Assembly: GCA_964016885.1 (NCBI GenBank)
Contig: OZ024741.1
Span: forward strand, 228,284,001 to 228,348,000
Direction of reading: 5' to 3'
DNA from: Eledone cirrhosa
Taxonomy: Eukaryota
Length of the DNA stretch: 64,000 nt
The notes beneath the pieces were generated by a model. The model saw nothing but the letters and a program-made list of their open reading frames with translations. It was not told where the DNA came from and made no database searches. Of the stretch, positions 1-12,877 are shown piece after piece; position 1 is the stretch's first letter; each line of letters opens with the position of its first letter. Position numbers and translations under genes: made by a program.

Positions 1-59
1 TGCAAGTCGATGTTATTACGGTATGTCGAATCTATTTATCTATAAAACTGTTTATATTG

Positions 60-125
60 TATTTTGTCTGAGGAAGGCATAGCATATTGTTAATATGATA
101 TCCCTGAAATATATATAATGAAATA
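60..125 (+). ncRNA. Minimal type-I hammerhead ribozyme motif in a PLE terminal-repeat remnant (family 1)
   Basis: tattttgt-CTGAGGA-stem II-GAAA-tatata-TA-atgaaata. Stem I pairs with two G-U wobbles and stem III is palindromic. The downstream flank matches 7550-7590 and 29466-29505. Confidence 0.65.
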
Positions 126-162
126 GATATGGTTTTATAAATATAGTTTCCATTTATTTAAT

Positions 163-279
<117 letters not shown>

Positions 280-352
280 TCCTGGACCGGGCGATGCGTT
301 ATGTCCTTGAAACAATTGTTCTCGGTATGGTGAACTAACTCTTGTGTAACCA

Positions 353-416
<64 letters not shown>

Positions 417-421
<5 letters not shown>

Positions 422-577
422 TCCTGGACCGGGCGATGCGTTATGTCCTTGAGCAAGACACTTTATTTCACGTTGCTCCTTCTACCTGGAGTTGCGACCG
501 ATAGATAGTACTAGCAACTGGAAAGACCAACGGAAACATTGTTTCCTCGGTCCGATTTGACGAAAGTCTATCGACTA
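417..577 (+). mobile_element. 5'-truncated tRNA-derived SINE (same family as 23828-24045); a shorter piece lies at 275-310
   Basis: tcgattcctggacc...gtccttgagcaagacactttatttcacgttgctcc is nearly identical to the full copy at 23828. Confidence 0.75.
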
Positions 578-601
578 AAATATATATATATATATATATA
601 T

Positions 602-638
<37 letters not shown>

Positions 639-1727
639 TATAGTAATAATAATACATCTAAAATCCAAAGAGGGCTCGATAAGGATAAATATATATGAAA
701 TATATAAGAACCGTAGAGCAAATATTTATTAAAATAACAGATTAAAGTTTAAGCAAATAATCGCTGCTGTCACCCTTAACGGGATCTTCTGAAACTAAAA
801 AAATCAATCTGTGAATGCAGAAGTAAATATTTCGAAAAAGGTTGCAACCGAAGGAAAACAGTAAGATGATACTTTGGTTCGTGAAGACGCTCTCTACACA
901 CTATATATACACACACTATATATATATACATATATACATATATATACACGCACACAATGTTTTCATAATGTAGTAATGCAGACAATCAGACATACATACA
1001 GATATTATAAGGGCGCGACGTTATAGCTATGTATCTATCTAAAAAGACAGACTAAGAAAGAGAGAGAGAGATCGCTAACCGGCGCCTAATGCGGTCCCTA
1101 GGGTATTGAAAATTTGAAATATATTTTGCTCAAAACACTCACAGGGCCATAAGTATTACATGTGTAAAGTTTGAAAAAAATTGGTTGGGTGGTTCTCGAG
1201 TTTTAGGGAGACAGACAGACATTCTCTGTTTTAGATATATAGTTAATTTACACAAACACACATACACACACACACACAAACACTCACATAATCATAACAG
1301 CCAAGGTGTGCTACATTATCACCCCTTCCTCCTCAGTTTATCATCAACCCTTCCTTCCTCAGTTTGTCGTCACCCTTTCCTTTCTCAGTCGACGTAATCA
1401 CCACTTCTTTCCTCAGTCGACGTTATCATCCCTTCCTTCCACAGTCATCTTTTGTGACGGACAAATACACTAGGGTATTATATATTAGTAGATATGTGAC
1501 TCTTATTGTTGTTACTGTTTAACTCCAAATCAGTTATGATTGAAAAAGCTTAAGCTGAAAGGCATTCCAGCAACGAATTTTCCAGCCATTATCTCGGAGT
1601 ACAGGTTTTTTTTCAGATTTTATTCTAAGATGACAATGTAGGCATAGATCTTGGTCTGGGGTTTAATCTCGCTTAAAGTCGCACTAAATTTTTCTTCAAC
1701 TTAATCGCTTCGGTCACAAACCCCCAC

Positions 1728-2004
1728 ATCGCGGCCCGGCTCGCAGAAGAAGGTAAAATAAGCAAATACCGGGGGTTTTTCCGGCCACTTCCTTTTCGCA
1801 CCGGTCGCCGTCGAGACCTCCTCTGGCGTACTTGGACTCCGTACATCCTAGCTCCTCCGCAAGATCGGAACGTCGGTGGCCCGTCTGAAGAAGGAGCCCC
1901 GCGAGGTTGGGTGAATGTTGCAGCGGGTGTCACTGGCCATCGTCCGCGGGAATGCTTTTGCGGTCTTGTCCACGGGGCGCAGCACTTCTGTCCCCTTGTC
2001 CTAG
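1728..2004 (+). pseudogene. 3' fragment of a CRE-clade non-LTR retrotransposon (restriction-like endonuclease C-terminus)
   Basis: Manual translation with one frameshift and 2 stops: IAARLAEEGKISKY../..FLFAPVAVETSSGVLG...LRKIG...EPREVG*MLQRVSLAIVRGNAFAVL. This fits the CRE RLE tail pattern (K..KY, P.AVET.G, QR.S.AI.RGNA). Confidence 0.75.
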
Positions 2005-2185
2005 ACCCAATTCCCAATCAACCTCCCCTTCACCCTTCCCCTCACTTCTGCGATACCAGAGATCTTGCCACCCCCTCCCCTTTCCGTTCTTTTTTCTTTC
2101 TTTTTCTCTTTTTTCTCCATATTTTCCTATTCTTTTTTTCTTTTGTTTCCTTTTCTTTTTTTTTATTATTATTGCCATTATTATA

Positions 2186-2608
2186 GATTGAATTGGCAGT
2201 ATCGGTAGAGGGTCGGACGCCATGCTTTGCATAGAGTTACGGCTCTTTATGATCTGAGTTCAAAACCTGCCGAGATTAACTTTGTCTTTCCATTTTACGG
2301 GGTCAATGAAATAAAGTACCAGTCACGCACTGGGGTCGATTTAATCGACTTTCCCCTTCCCCAAAATTGCTGGCTTTGTGCCTATATATAAGATACCATT
2401 ATTATTTTCATTATAGGGCGGTGAATTGGCAGTATCGGTAGAGGGTTGGACGCCATGCTTTCTAGCATAGTTACGTCCCTTTACGGTCTGAGTTCAAATC
2501 CTGTCAAGGTTAACTTTGCCTTTCATCCTTACGGGGTCGATAAAATAAAGTACCAGTAATGTATTGGGTAATTGTTGGTCTTGTGTCAAAAGTAGAAACA
2601 ATTATTAT
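2186..2608 (+). mobile_element. Two tandem tRNA-derived SINEs (octopus-type)
   Basis: A-box (ttggcagtatcgg), B-box (gagttcaaatcc), conserved body ttgcctttcatccttacggggtcgataaaataaagtaccag and (ATT)n tail. Confidence 0.85.
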
Positions 2609-2699
2609 TACTGTTAATAAAGATCATAAAAATGACAATAAATAAATGAAAACAGTCTGATGTGGATTTGACTGTGTTTCTGTCAGGTAGTTGCTTCAT

Positions 2700-2806
2700 C
2701 GTGTATGTGTGTTTGTGTGTGTGTGTATGTGTGTGTGCGTGTATGTATGTGTGTGTGTGCGTGTGTGTTTGTGTGTGTGCTTGTGTGAGTGTGTGTACGT
2801 GTGTGT

Positions 2807-2856
<50 letters not shown>

Positions 2857-3030
2857 TTGTGTGTGTGTGTGTGTATGTGTGTGTGCGTGTATGTATGTGT
2901 GTGTGTGCGTGTGTGTGCGTGTGTGTGCTTGTGTGAGTGTGTGTACGTGTGTGTATGTGTGTGTGTGCGTGCGTGCGTGTGTTTGCGTGCGCGCGCGCGT
3001 GTGTGTATGTGTGTGTGCGTGTATGTGACC
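2700..3030. repeat. (GT)n/(GTAT)n compound microsatellite
   Basis: Seen directly in the sequence. Confidence 0.95.
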
Positions 3031-3463
3031 ATGTATGTGAATATAAGTGAATATAAGTGAATATAAGTGAATATAAGTGTGTGCGTGTGTTTATGGGGAT
3101 GAGCTGGGAATCGGAAATGGTTGTGAAGCCAGTAGAGAGTTGTGGATGTCAGACATAGTGGTGAAAGATGTGGGGTATATTGTGAGAAAGGGTGTTGGGT
3201 GCTGTGAATGTAGGGTTGAGATAATGGGATAGAGTAAGAGGTCCAGTTCACCATGGTGATGATTTTGACACTTGTCCATCGAGACAGTCATAATTTGCAG
3301 CATACCACCAATTATATGTAATATCCCTTGATCTCTCAGTCTGTCTGTTTGGCTGTCACTCACGTTTTGTTTGTCATGCACACACATTATACACACACAG
3401 ATATATGCACAATCACGCTCAGATACACACACATAATCAAACATACATACATTCCATTTCCAG

Positions 3464-3590
<127 letters not shown>

Positions 3591-3602
3591 CTATATATCT
3601 AT

Positions 3603-3880
3603 CTAAGGCGGGTAAAATTCCCGAGATCCATGGACGAGTTCTCTCCAGCGGTCTCTGTCCCTCATTATCGCTGCCATATCCTGCATCTCCAACAGACCAG
3701 TGTCTGTCCTTAGGGCATCAACATATGTTAACCTTGGTCTTCCTCTTCTAGTGTGTCCATGTAGGGGCTCCCAAAGGAGCACTGAGTGCAATGTCAACTC
3801 TGGATGTCGGTGAGCACGTCCAGCCAACCTCAGTCTCATCTGTGTCACTTTTGAGCTGACTTTTGGCATGCCGACATCAA
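3603..3880 (-). pseudogene. 3' end of an RTE-clade LINE ORF
   Basis: MPKVSSKVTQMRLRLAGRAHRHPE...VLLWEPLHGHTRRGRPRLTYVDAL..DTG...DRDRWRELV is a typical RTE C-terminus. Confidence 0.85.
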
Positions 3881-4741
3881 CGTAAATGCACACTCTCCGC
3901 CCTAGTGATACCGGATGGATCTGCATAACGCACCACCGCCACCGCAACACCAGGTGGAGCGCATGCAGCGGACCACAATTGAACACTGCATATCTATGAA
4001 TGCATGACAGCACAAGCTGTAAACAGTGACAGTTCAAACATTGCCCACCTCGTAGAACACCCCAATAGCACCACCACACCAATTTGGGGACGCCGACTCA
4101 TTACAAGTAGGATTGGGTCTACAAACATATGTGTGGTTTTAAATTTTCAAATTTCTAAAATTTCAACCTTTTAAATTTTTAAAATTTTAAATTGTTGATT
4201 TCCGATATTCGATTCGCGGTGCTTAATCCGCTACTTCGATGATGGACATGATGCTGGACTTAAGGTTAATATCGCAGCTAATTGTAATGTTGATGTTAAT
4301 TTTAATTTCAATTTTAATTTTGATTTTGATTTCAAGTTTTAATTTTGTCGTTCCATGCCGCCGATATAGACACGCACACAACGCATGCCGCTGGCAAATT
4401 CCATCATACATACAATCCACGTGCATTCCATATATATTGTTATGAAGCACATACCCTTTATATTCCATGTATACACCAAACCCATGCACATCTCATATAT
4501 ACTTTTATGAAATGGATGTTACACATAACCACAATATATATAACTTGTTTGTGCACGCGCGCACGGCCCACACCTATCCACAAGCAACGAGACCTGCATC
4601 ATGCGCAGCCTCCTACCCAGTGCCTTAGCCCAACAGCGCCCATGTATTTCATATAAAGATTTGCACCACAGCCCAGAACTATTGTATGAAACTTTAAGCA
4701 CACCTCGATAATTCCCGATCCCCCTCTGCAACCTTTCAGGA

Positions 4742-6320
4742 CTTAGGCATAATTAGCAAGCATATATTAGATAGAACTATACCACTACTTAAAGAAAAAT
4801 CACACCTTAAACTATGGAACGGTACTAATGAAGTTATAGATTGGTTTAATAACATAAAATTAAAACATAAGAAAAATTCATTCAAATGGATATTGCAAAT
4901 TACTACTCCTCTATTACACCTAGCTTACTTAATAAGGCACTTATCTACGCTTCTAAACATACAGACCTATCTAGTGAAGAAATGACGTAAAACCCTAATA
5001 GAATTTAATAATTATCTCTGGACAAGAGCCGAGAGAAAACAATTTTGATATCACTATGGGATCATCTGACTCGGAGCAGTAACGGACCTCGTTGGATTAT
5101 TTATTAAATGCCAGAAATGACCGGAGGTTTATATCGCGACGATATGTTACTTTTAATTGAAAACCATAGCAATAGTGAAATTAATAGGAAAAGAAAATCC
5201 ATAATACAATTTTTTAACAACTACAACCTTAATTTAGAAATCGAGAATAATTACAAAATCGTTAACTTCTTAGATGTAACCTTAAACCTTAGCACATGTC
5301 TTTACTATCCATTCCATAAAATTAACGAAAATCTAAATTACGTAAGTTTCAATTCTAATCATCCTAGAAATATAAAAAAATACTATTGTCAATAGCGTCC
5401 AGCAACGGATTTCACGCATCTCTGCTAATAAAAATATTTTTAATTTAGGCAGAATATTACAATGAAGCTTTACATAGAACAGGATACTCGAATAAAATTA
5501 AATACATAGATAACAATAACATAACAAATCATCCTAGAATTAATTATAATAACAATAAACAATTTAACTTAAACACTAAACCAAACAAAAAAACTAGAAC
5601 TAGAAATATTATTTGGTACTCTCCCCCATTCTCGTTAAGCGTTAAAACACCTTTAGCAAAGCTATTTTTTAAAGCACTAGATAAATGTTTTCCTAAAGCC
5701 CACAGATACCACTCTATTTTTAACAGACACACTATAAAACTATCCTACTCTACTACTATGAACATAGCACAAAATATAAATAGAATTAATAATAGAAACT
5801 TAAATTTAAACCCTAACCAAACAAACCAAGATAGCAATAATAATATTTCTAACAACAATATTCGTAATAATAGTACCGTTCCTAATAACAACAACTCCAG
5901 AAAATGTAACTGTAGAATTAAATCAAACTGCCCTTTACAAAATAATTGCTTAGACAAAAACGTAGTTTATAAATGTACAGTTAAAACTAGAGACAAAATA
6001 TTTAACTATATTGGTGCCAATTCTACAAAATTCAAAGAACGCTGGTATAACCATAAACACATATTTAATAGATCCGATAAAATATCTTCCACTTCACTTT
6101 CACATTTAATTTGAAATATAAAAGACAACAATATAGACTATTCATTATCGTGGGGAACGATTTCGAAAGCATACCGAAATATGGCTTTTTCAAGATTCTG
6201 TAACTTGTGTATCGAGGACATTTTTATATAGTTAACTCTCAAAACTCTATTAATCTTAAAACAGAATTATTTTCTAGTTGCAGTCATCGCCAAACTTCCA
6301 CTTTCAGAAGTATTTTTTAA
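4742..6320 (+). pseudogene. Penelope-like retroelement, degenerate RT plus C-terminal GIY-YIG endonuclease
   Basis: RT motifs FIQMDIANYYSSI, GLYRDD and VNFLDVTLNL...SNHP. Then IIWYSPPFS, the Cys motif CNCRIKSNCPL..CL, VVYKC..YIG..FKERWYNH, CNLC and ELFSSCSHR. Several frameshifts and stops. Confidence 0.9.
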
Positions 6321-7489
6321 TTGATGATATTCATTACACTTGACTATATCTTATACACTTTTAAAATGATCCTATTATTTACTGAGTACTTTCTTTAAAA
6401 ATTTAAATAAACATTTTTTTAAATGATCTTCCTTCTTAATTTTGTAATATTTTTCTAATATTTTTACTATTTTTACCATTTGACATTAATTTCTTAATGA
6501 TACCCCTCTAAATATATTTTTTTAGATGTAGATTGATAATCTTTAATTGACATTTTGAAAGTTTATCCTCATTTACGATAGTTAGTCGAAATGCACATTA
6601 CTTTTTTCCTCTTCTTTGATCTTCAAACTTTCACACATCTTTCGACTAAAATAATATATAATTAAAATTAATCTCACACAAAATAATATATAATTTTCTC
6701 TATATATTTTCTGAGTAAATAATTCATCAAATTTAACGGTTAGCAAACAAGATTACAAGATTGGAGTTATCTTTCCCTTTTCAATCGTGCAAACATAAAC
6801 ATTATATTATAATATAAAATGTATGATAAACTATATAACTTCGCTAAATTAACAATATTCTGAAAACATTTTCAATGTTGGAACAAAATATTTGAATCTA
6901 CAAATTGTTCTCCTCTTACAACTTGAACTACGTGTTTTTTATGTAAAATGCAGAATCAATATCCTTCGTAACTCATATGAGAAATGTAAACAACTAATAA
7001 TTGTAACTTATTTCTATTTCTATAATACTTATACATGCACAATTATTAATCTATATATATATATTTATATACTTACAATCTGTTGTAATGTAATAAGATA
7101 AAATCTACTTACAACCATAATTCTTCATATAATCTAATTGATTATATTTACAATATTATAACTCATAATATAGCTAAATAAATTTAAATTCTGGAATCAT
7201 ATTCCACCATTCCCGCAAATTGTTAATTCCTTTTAAATTAACGTAAATACAAACTCTTCTTTCTTTTTTTCTTCTTCCTACTTTTACATACATATATCCT
7301 AATTATTTAAATTCTGCATAGCGTCTAAAAATAACGTTTTTCAGCCCTATACGTCAACCTCATTTGCATACTCATCTTAATAATTTGAAATATCTGACTT
7401 TTCTTCTCTTTTCCTTCACTATCCAAGAAAAACTTGAACCGTTAAGGTATCTTTTCTTGGTTATGTCAACATTTATAAAACAAACTTTG

Positions 7490-7550
7490 TATTTTATCTG
7501 ATGAGAGCGTACCAAAGTTTTGGTACCATTGAAATATATATAATAGAATA
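7490..7550 (+). ncRNA. Minimal hammerhead ribozyme motif (family 1) at the 3' pseudo-LTR of the PLE at 4742
   Basis: tattttat-CTGATGA-(gtaccaaa/tttggtac stem)-GAAA-tatata-TA-atagaata. Confidence 0.7.
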
Positions 7551-7789
7551 AATATGGTTTTATAAATATAGTTTCCATTTATTTAATATCATTGAATATT
7601 ATACTCCAGAAAACTTGTCGAGTGCTCTGAATTAGTTATAAGCATTTATATTTGTTGAATTACCAACAAATTGAATATCCCTTTCGCTTAAGGAATTCAG
7701 TCCACGCTTTGCTATTTTCTATCCACTGAATTATTTTTTAATAAGTTTCCAGAGTCCACGCTTTGCCTGGATACTTAGATGAGAATAGT

Positions 7790-7869
7790 CTTCCCTGACG
7801 ACGGAATGATTCTCTGTATTTTCTTCGGAAAATATATTTATTCCATTCCAGAAACTAATTAGTTGGAAG
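7790..7869 (+). ncRNA. Hammerhead ribozyme motif (family 2), copy 1
   Basis: cttcc-CTGACGA-cggaatg...cattcca-GAAA-ctaattag-TT-ggaag. Stem III is palindromic and the cleavage triplet is GUU. Confidence 0.75.
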
Positions 7870-8309
7870 TGATATTTTAGTAAGTAAGTTAATTTTATAA
7901 TTTTCTTATTTTACGTCTCATATTATTGTTCTGCAACCCCATGCATTGAACCACAAAGTTACTAAGACCAAACCTATATATTTGCTAGCATTGATATGCA
8001 TCTGTATGTATATATATGATACTAGATATTAATTCTTTATAATTATCTCCAAATTATTTGTCGAGCAATATTGGCCATGACTGTTGCTATGGTAGCAGGC
8101 AGGCCGCTGTCTTATTAGCAAACCACTTTCCACTGATTGACCTCGATGTCACGTGATTGATTCTTTTTGAATTTGCCACCGACGCAGAGGCAGTGATTTT
8201 CTCAATGGCTAGGAATTCAGTCCACACTTTGCTATTTTCTATCCACTGAATTATTTTTTAATAAGTTTCCAGAGTCCACGCTTTGCCTGGATACTTAGAT
8301 GAGAATAGT

Positions 8310-8389
8310 CTTCCCTGACGACGGAATGATTCTCTGTATTTTCTTCGGAAAATATATTTATTCCATTCCAGAAACTAATTAGTTGGAAG
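8310..8389 (+). ncRNA. Hammerhead ribozyme motif (family 2), copy 2
   Basis: Identical to 7790-7869. Confidence 0.75.
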
Positions 8390-8435
8390 TGATATTTTAG
8401 TAAGTAAGTTAATTTTATAATTTTCTTATTTTACG

Positions 8436-8512
<77 letters not shown>

Positions 8513-8516
<4 letters not shown>

Positions 8517-10333
8517 ATATTAATAAATGGAAACTATATTTATAAAACCATAATTATTTTATCATATATATTTCAAGGGCAACCAAGACAAATTTTGGTG
8601 CGCTTTCATCAGATAAAATACAAATTTGTTTTATAAATATTGACATACCCGCATAAAGACAACCTTACCGGTTGAGGTTCGCTGGATAGTGGAAAAAATA
8701 TTTTATTGAGGGTGATTCAAAGTTAAGTTATGAGTAAGTATGCAAATGAGTATCAGAAAAATTGAAAAAAACAACGGTTTATTTAAATTAAACTGTTGGA
8801 AGAAAGTAGTGAAAGGGAGAGAGAAAAGGGAGAGAGAAAAAATATTGAAAGGGAAAGAGAAAGAATAGTGAAAAAGAGGGAGAAAAAAAGAGAAAGAGAA
8901 AGAGAGAAGAAAGAAAAAAGGGTGATAAAAATGGAGAAGAAAAGAGAGACAAGATTATGCAGAGTGATAGTGAAGAAAATTTAAGGAAGAGCGAGCAAAG
9001 AAATGAGCTTTTCCAGTGATGGATACTCAAATCGTAAATATAACGTTCATTATGCTATGTTTATATTAAACCTAATACTATATTTATAATGATAAGTTAA
9101 ACATTAAATTAAGAATAAATAAAAATACTGTTAAATTTAATTAAAAATAAGAAGTATTTAAAATATATTAAGATGTATTAATAATATATGGGTTTAGATG
9201 GGTATGTTATGTTATAGATGATAAATTATTTAAATTTATAGTATTTTACATTGGAAAAATATTTAGAATCTAGTTTTGTTTATTTAATTAAAGTAAGTTT
9301 GGCAAAATTATATTTAGCCAGAATTTGTTAATAGTTGTAAGTTAAACACCTAAAAACTTCCAAAGATTACGAAAAATCACGAGAGTTTACAAAGGATTAA
9401 GTACTTAATTAGAAGTATATACTAAAACCATTTAAAAATTCAGACTATAAATTAAGACTATAAAATTTAAGATTATAAAAAACAATAAGGAAGTTTAAAG
9501 GAAGTTTAAAAGGGATTTAAAAAATCTCAAATGACTCCAAGGATACATAAAAATCTCTTAAAAAGTTATAAGAAGTTATAAAAATTCATCTTAAAATATA
9601 ATTAAAACATAAACCATACATTATTCCAAATATATAGAAGTATTTGGAAATATATGAAAATACATAAATATAAAAAATGTTTAAAATATTGGAAGATATA
9701 AAAATATTGGAAGATATGAAAACAATAGTTTTTCCGTATCTTTAAAAAAAAATCTTTCAAATTTAAAAAAAAACTTTCAAAAAGTTTTTCAAAGAAAATT
9801 TTTAAAATTTTCGAAAACCTTTTCTTAAAAGAATTTCAAGTAGTCATTCAAAAAGGTTATGATATATTTTTTTGGAGGTAGGATTGATAAGTGTAATAAT
9901 ATAAATTATATTTATGAAGTAGAAATATTAGAAAGTAAAGGTTTTAAGGAGTAAATTAAAAATTTAATAAGTGTATTTTATATATTTACGAAGTTATTAA
10001 AATTAGAATTATATTAAATTCTTGAACCATATATGGATATAATCTGAGGAATGAGATTATAGGTGTTTGGATAGAGAAAACATTATGTATGGAAGATTAA
10101 CTATATATTACATTTTATATATATATCTAAAGGTTGAAGTTAAACGATGTTTACAAGAACTAAATAGGTTATTACGCAAATTGAAATATATATAATAAAA
10201 TAATTAGGGTTATATAAATATAGTTTCCATTTATTAATATATTGAATATTTACACAACTAAACTGTTGAGTGATTTATATCAATTATAAAAATTTTTAAG
10301 CTTATTGAATTCCAACAAATTAAATATAACCTC

Positions 10334-10337
<4 letters not shown>
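8513..10337 (-). mobile_element. 5'-truncated PLE with an inverted terminal piece; includes a hammerhead at 8555-8620 whose cleavage site reads UG
   Basis: The minus strand at 10130-10172 encodes NLFSSCKHRLTST (compare ELFSSCSHRQTST near 6265-6300). 8513-8760 is the reverse homologue of 7360-7590. 10207-10245 is an inverted copy of the terminus. (TA)n flanks both sides. Confidence 0.7.
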
Positions 10338-10408
<71 letters not shown>

Positions 10409-10433
10409 TGGAAATGGAATGTATGTATGTTTG

Positions 10434-10483
<50 letters not shown>

Positions 10484-10551
10484 AATAATAATAAATGTGA
10501 AGAGTAAAATCCGAAGAGATTGATTGTTATTTTAGTTGTGGATTATGTATG

Positions 10552-10677
<126 letters not shown>

Positions 10678-11480
10678 TTTAAATATATTTTAAAAATAAG
10701 AATGACTTTTCTTATGAGACTCACACATACATATGAACATACATACAAATATACATGCACACATAAACACATACATACACGCAGATACATAAATACATAC
10801 ACATACACACATACACACAGATACATACATACATACATACATACACACACATACATACATACATACATACATACATACACAAACAAGCCTACATGCCTTC
10901 TATTTCTAATAAGGAAATAGTAGAAATACATTTAAATATATACACATATACGTATGTATTAATATATATGTATATGTGTGTTTTGTGAGCACGCTCATAT
11001 ATGTTTATACCCATATACATCTGACAGTAGAGTGCTGTGGTGTTAGTGGGGGTGATAATGGTAATGTTTGTTGTAGTATTGCTAGTGAAACCGGAGTAAC
11101 CTGAATCTACCCGTGGGTTACATTAAAGCATCATATATATTGTTTCCTCAACTTTGTTGTTAAATGCTTCAACACTCCTTCCACACCCAATACGCTTCTT
11201 CTAATTCATCACTGTCTACTACTTCCTCATCCTCCGGTAATACCTCTAAAGTATCAGTTATAACCACGGGCCGAGGCGAGCAACTGTCGTGTATTTCCGT
11301 GTAGATTGCATGTGCGCCTATTTATGTACGTATGTATGTATGCATCTATGTATATATGTATGTAAAAATATATATATATGTGTATATGTATATATGTATG
11401 CATGTATGTATGTATGTATGTATGTATGTATGTATGTATGTATGTATGTATGTATGTATGTATGTATGTATGTATGTATG

Positions 11481-11850
11481 TTCTTCTGGTTTTATAATTT
11501 TATAAAATTTACGAATAGAGAGAGAGAGAGTCGGTTTCTAGCATAGACACAAGTCTCTCTCATTGGAATTTAAACAGCATCAACTAGGTAGATATGTATG
11601 TGTGTGCAGGAATGGATGTTATTGTATGTATGGATGGGGATGTTTTGAGATGTATGTGTGCATGTGTATATGCTTTGTATCTGTACATGTGTACATGCAG
11701 TTGTTAGATGCGGAATTTTTGGAATATTTTACATATTTATACTGTTCCATTAATGGATTGAACTTGTAATTTCCTAACCGGTCGTGTTCTTTATGAAGAA
11801 CAGCTTCTCAAGATTTGTATTGAGGCAGTTACTAACATATCCCAGTTACT
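11481..11850 (-). mobile_element. 3' fragment of the R4/Dong-like element, internally deleted, within (TATG)n
   Basis: Homologous to 12878-13260, with (TATG)n on both sides. Confidence 0.85.
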
Positions 11851-11928
11851 ACCATGTATGTATGTATGTATGTATGTATGCATGTATGTATGTATGTATG
11901 TATGTATGTATGTATGTTTGTATGTTAT

Positions 11929-12540
11929 GTCAGGTCACCAGTTGGTGCTACTGGTAACATGTATCCCAGTACAACCTGTCTCATGGTCGGGTCGTTGGCG
12001 ACTAAACTGTCAACCCCACCAAGGTTTCTTGGTGAGGAGGGTGACTTTGGACATCCTGCAGGACTAAAAACAAAACCTGTCAAAGGGCAAAGGAGCTCTT
12101 AAGAGTCAATGGCCATCCAAAATCACCGAGAGAGATGACCCCTTAGCCTTTGTCAAGGCAGAATTCTAGGAGAAGGAAAACTCTGATATAACACCTGCAA
12201 CCCTGATGGTATCCAATGATGTTGACTTGTTCTTCTTTTTGGTAAATATAATCTTGGTTAAGAGAGTGGGACTGGCTTAGTGCAGTGCCTTTGCTCACTA
12301 TAAAAGCTTCACGGCACAGGCATTGCTTTATAGCTGGAAATCTCTCTGCACTTTTCGTCACATGGTACCATGGGCCCAGCACTATGTGTCAATAATTGTC
12401 GCAAGTGTAGTGTTTGTACCAGAGTTTTCAAGTCGCTGGCTGGACTAAAAAGTCACACTCGTTCAGCGCATCGGTAGGGGTTCTCCTACCTGGATATAAA
12501 ATAGTGGCCGTACTCGAAAACGAGTTGGCAGCCACCACCA
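11929..12540 (+). mobile_element. Non-autonomous non-coding retroposon of about 610 bp (RTE-like ends, (TATG)n tail)
   Basis: Same sequence as the units at 36224-38105. Contains ctaggagaaggaaaactctga, which resembles RTE 5'UTRs, and a 3' hairpin ctcg-aaaa-cgag before the tail. Confidence 0.7.
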
Positions 12541-12565
12541 TGTATCTATGTATGTATGTACGTAT

Positions 12566-12863
12566 GGGAGTGTAGGACCCCTAGCCTTTGTCAGGGCATT
12601 CTTCTAGGAGAAGGCAACTCGAGAAACTGGGATAACTCCGATATAAAACCTGCGGCTCAGTAGTTACCGATGATGTTGATCTTTTCTTCTTTTCGGGTTA
12701 GAGCTACTGTCGCCCAGAGAGTGGGATTAGCTCAGTGCACAGTCTTACCTCACTTTAAAAAATATCTTCCCGCACAGGCATTGCACGATAGAATTAATTA
12801 ATAATTATTAATAACGGTATATCGTGCAATGGCCATACTCGATAACGCGGGGGGCAGCCATCA
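12566..12863 (+). mobile_element. 5'-truncated sister family of the RTE-like short retroposon
   Basis: Diverged homology (ccctagcctttgtcagggc...ctaggagaagg...gatgatgttga; 3' ggccatactcgataacgcg.ggcagcca). The same 3' end occurs at 36112-36157. Confidence 0.65.
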
Positions 12864-12877
12864 TGTATATATGTATG

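Larger units (their letters stand above)
7692..8440 (+). repeat. Direct repeat of about 230 bp (7692-7919 / 8211-8440), pseudo-LTR pair of a second PLE family
   Basis: Near-identical copies starting aggaattcagtccac, each carrying a hammerhead. Confidence 0.8.

Noticed and set aside
1065-1245. Possible Helentron/DINE-like non-autonomous element (similar motifs near 4650-4740)
   Set aside because: The resemblance is only impressionistic and the termini could not be defined.
2186-2280. tRNA-like A/B boxes (also 23828, 39521, 42028)
   Set aside because: These are SINE heads that continue into a SINE body, with no complete cloverleaf.
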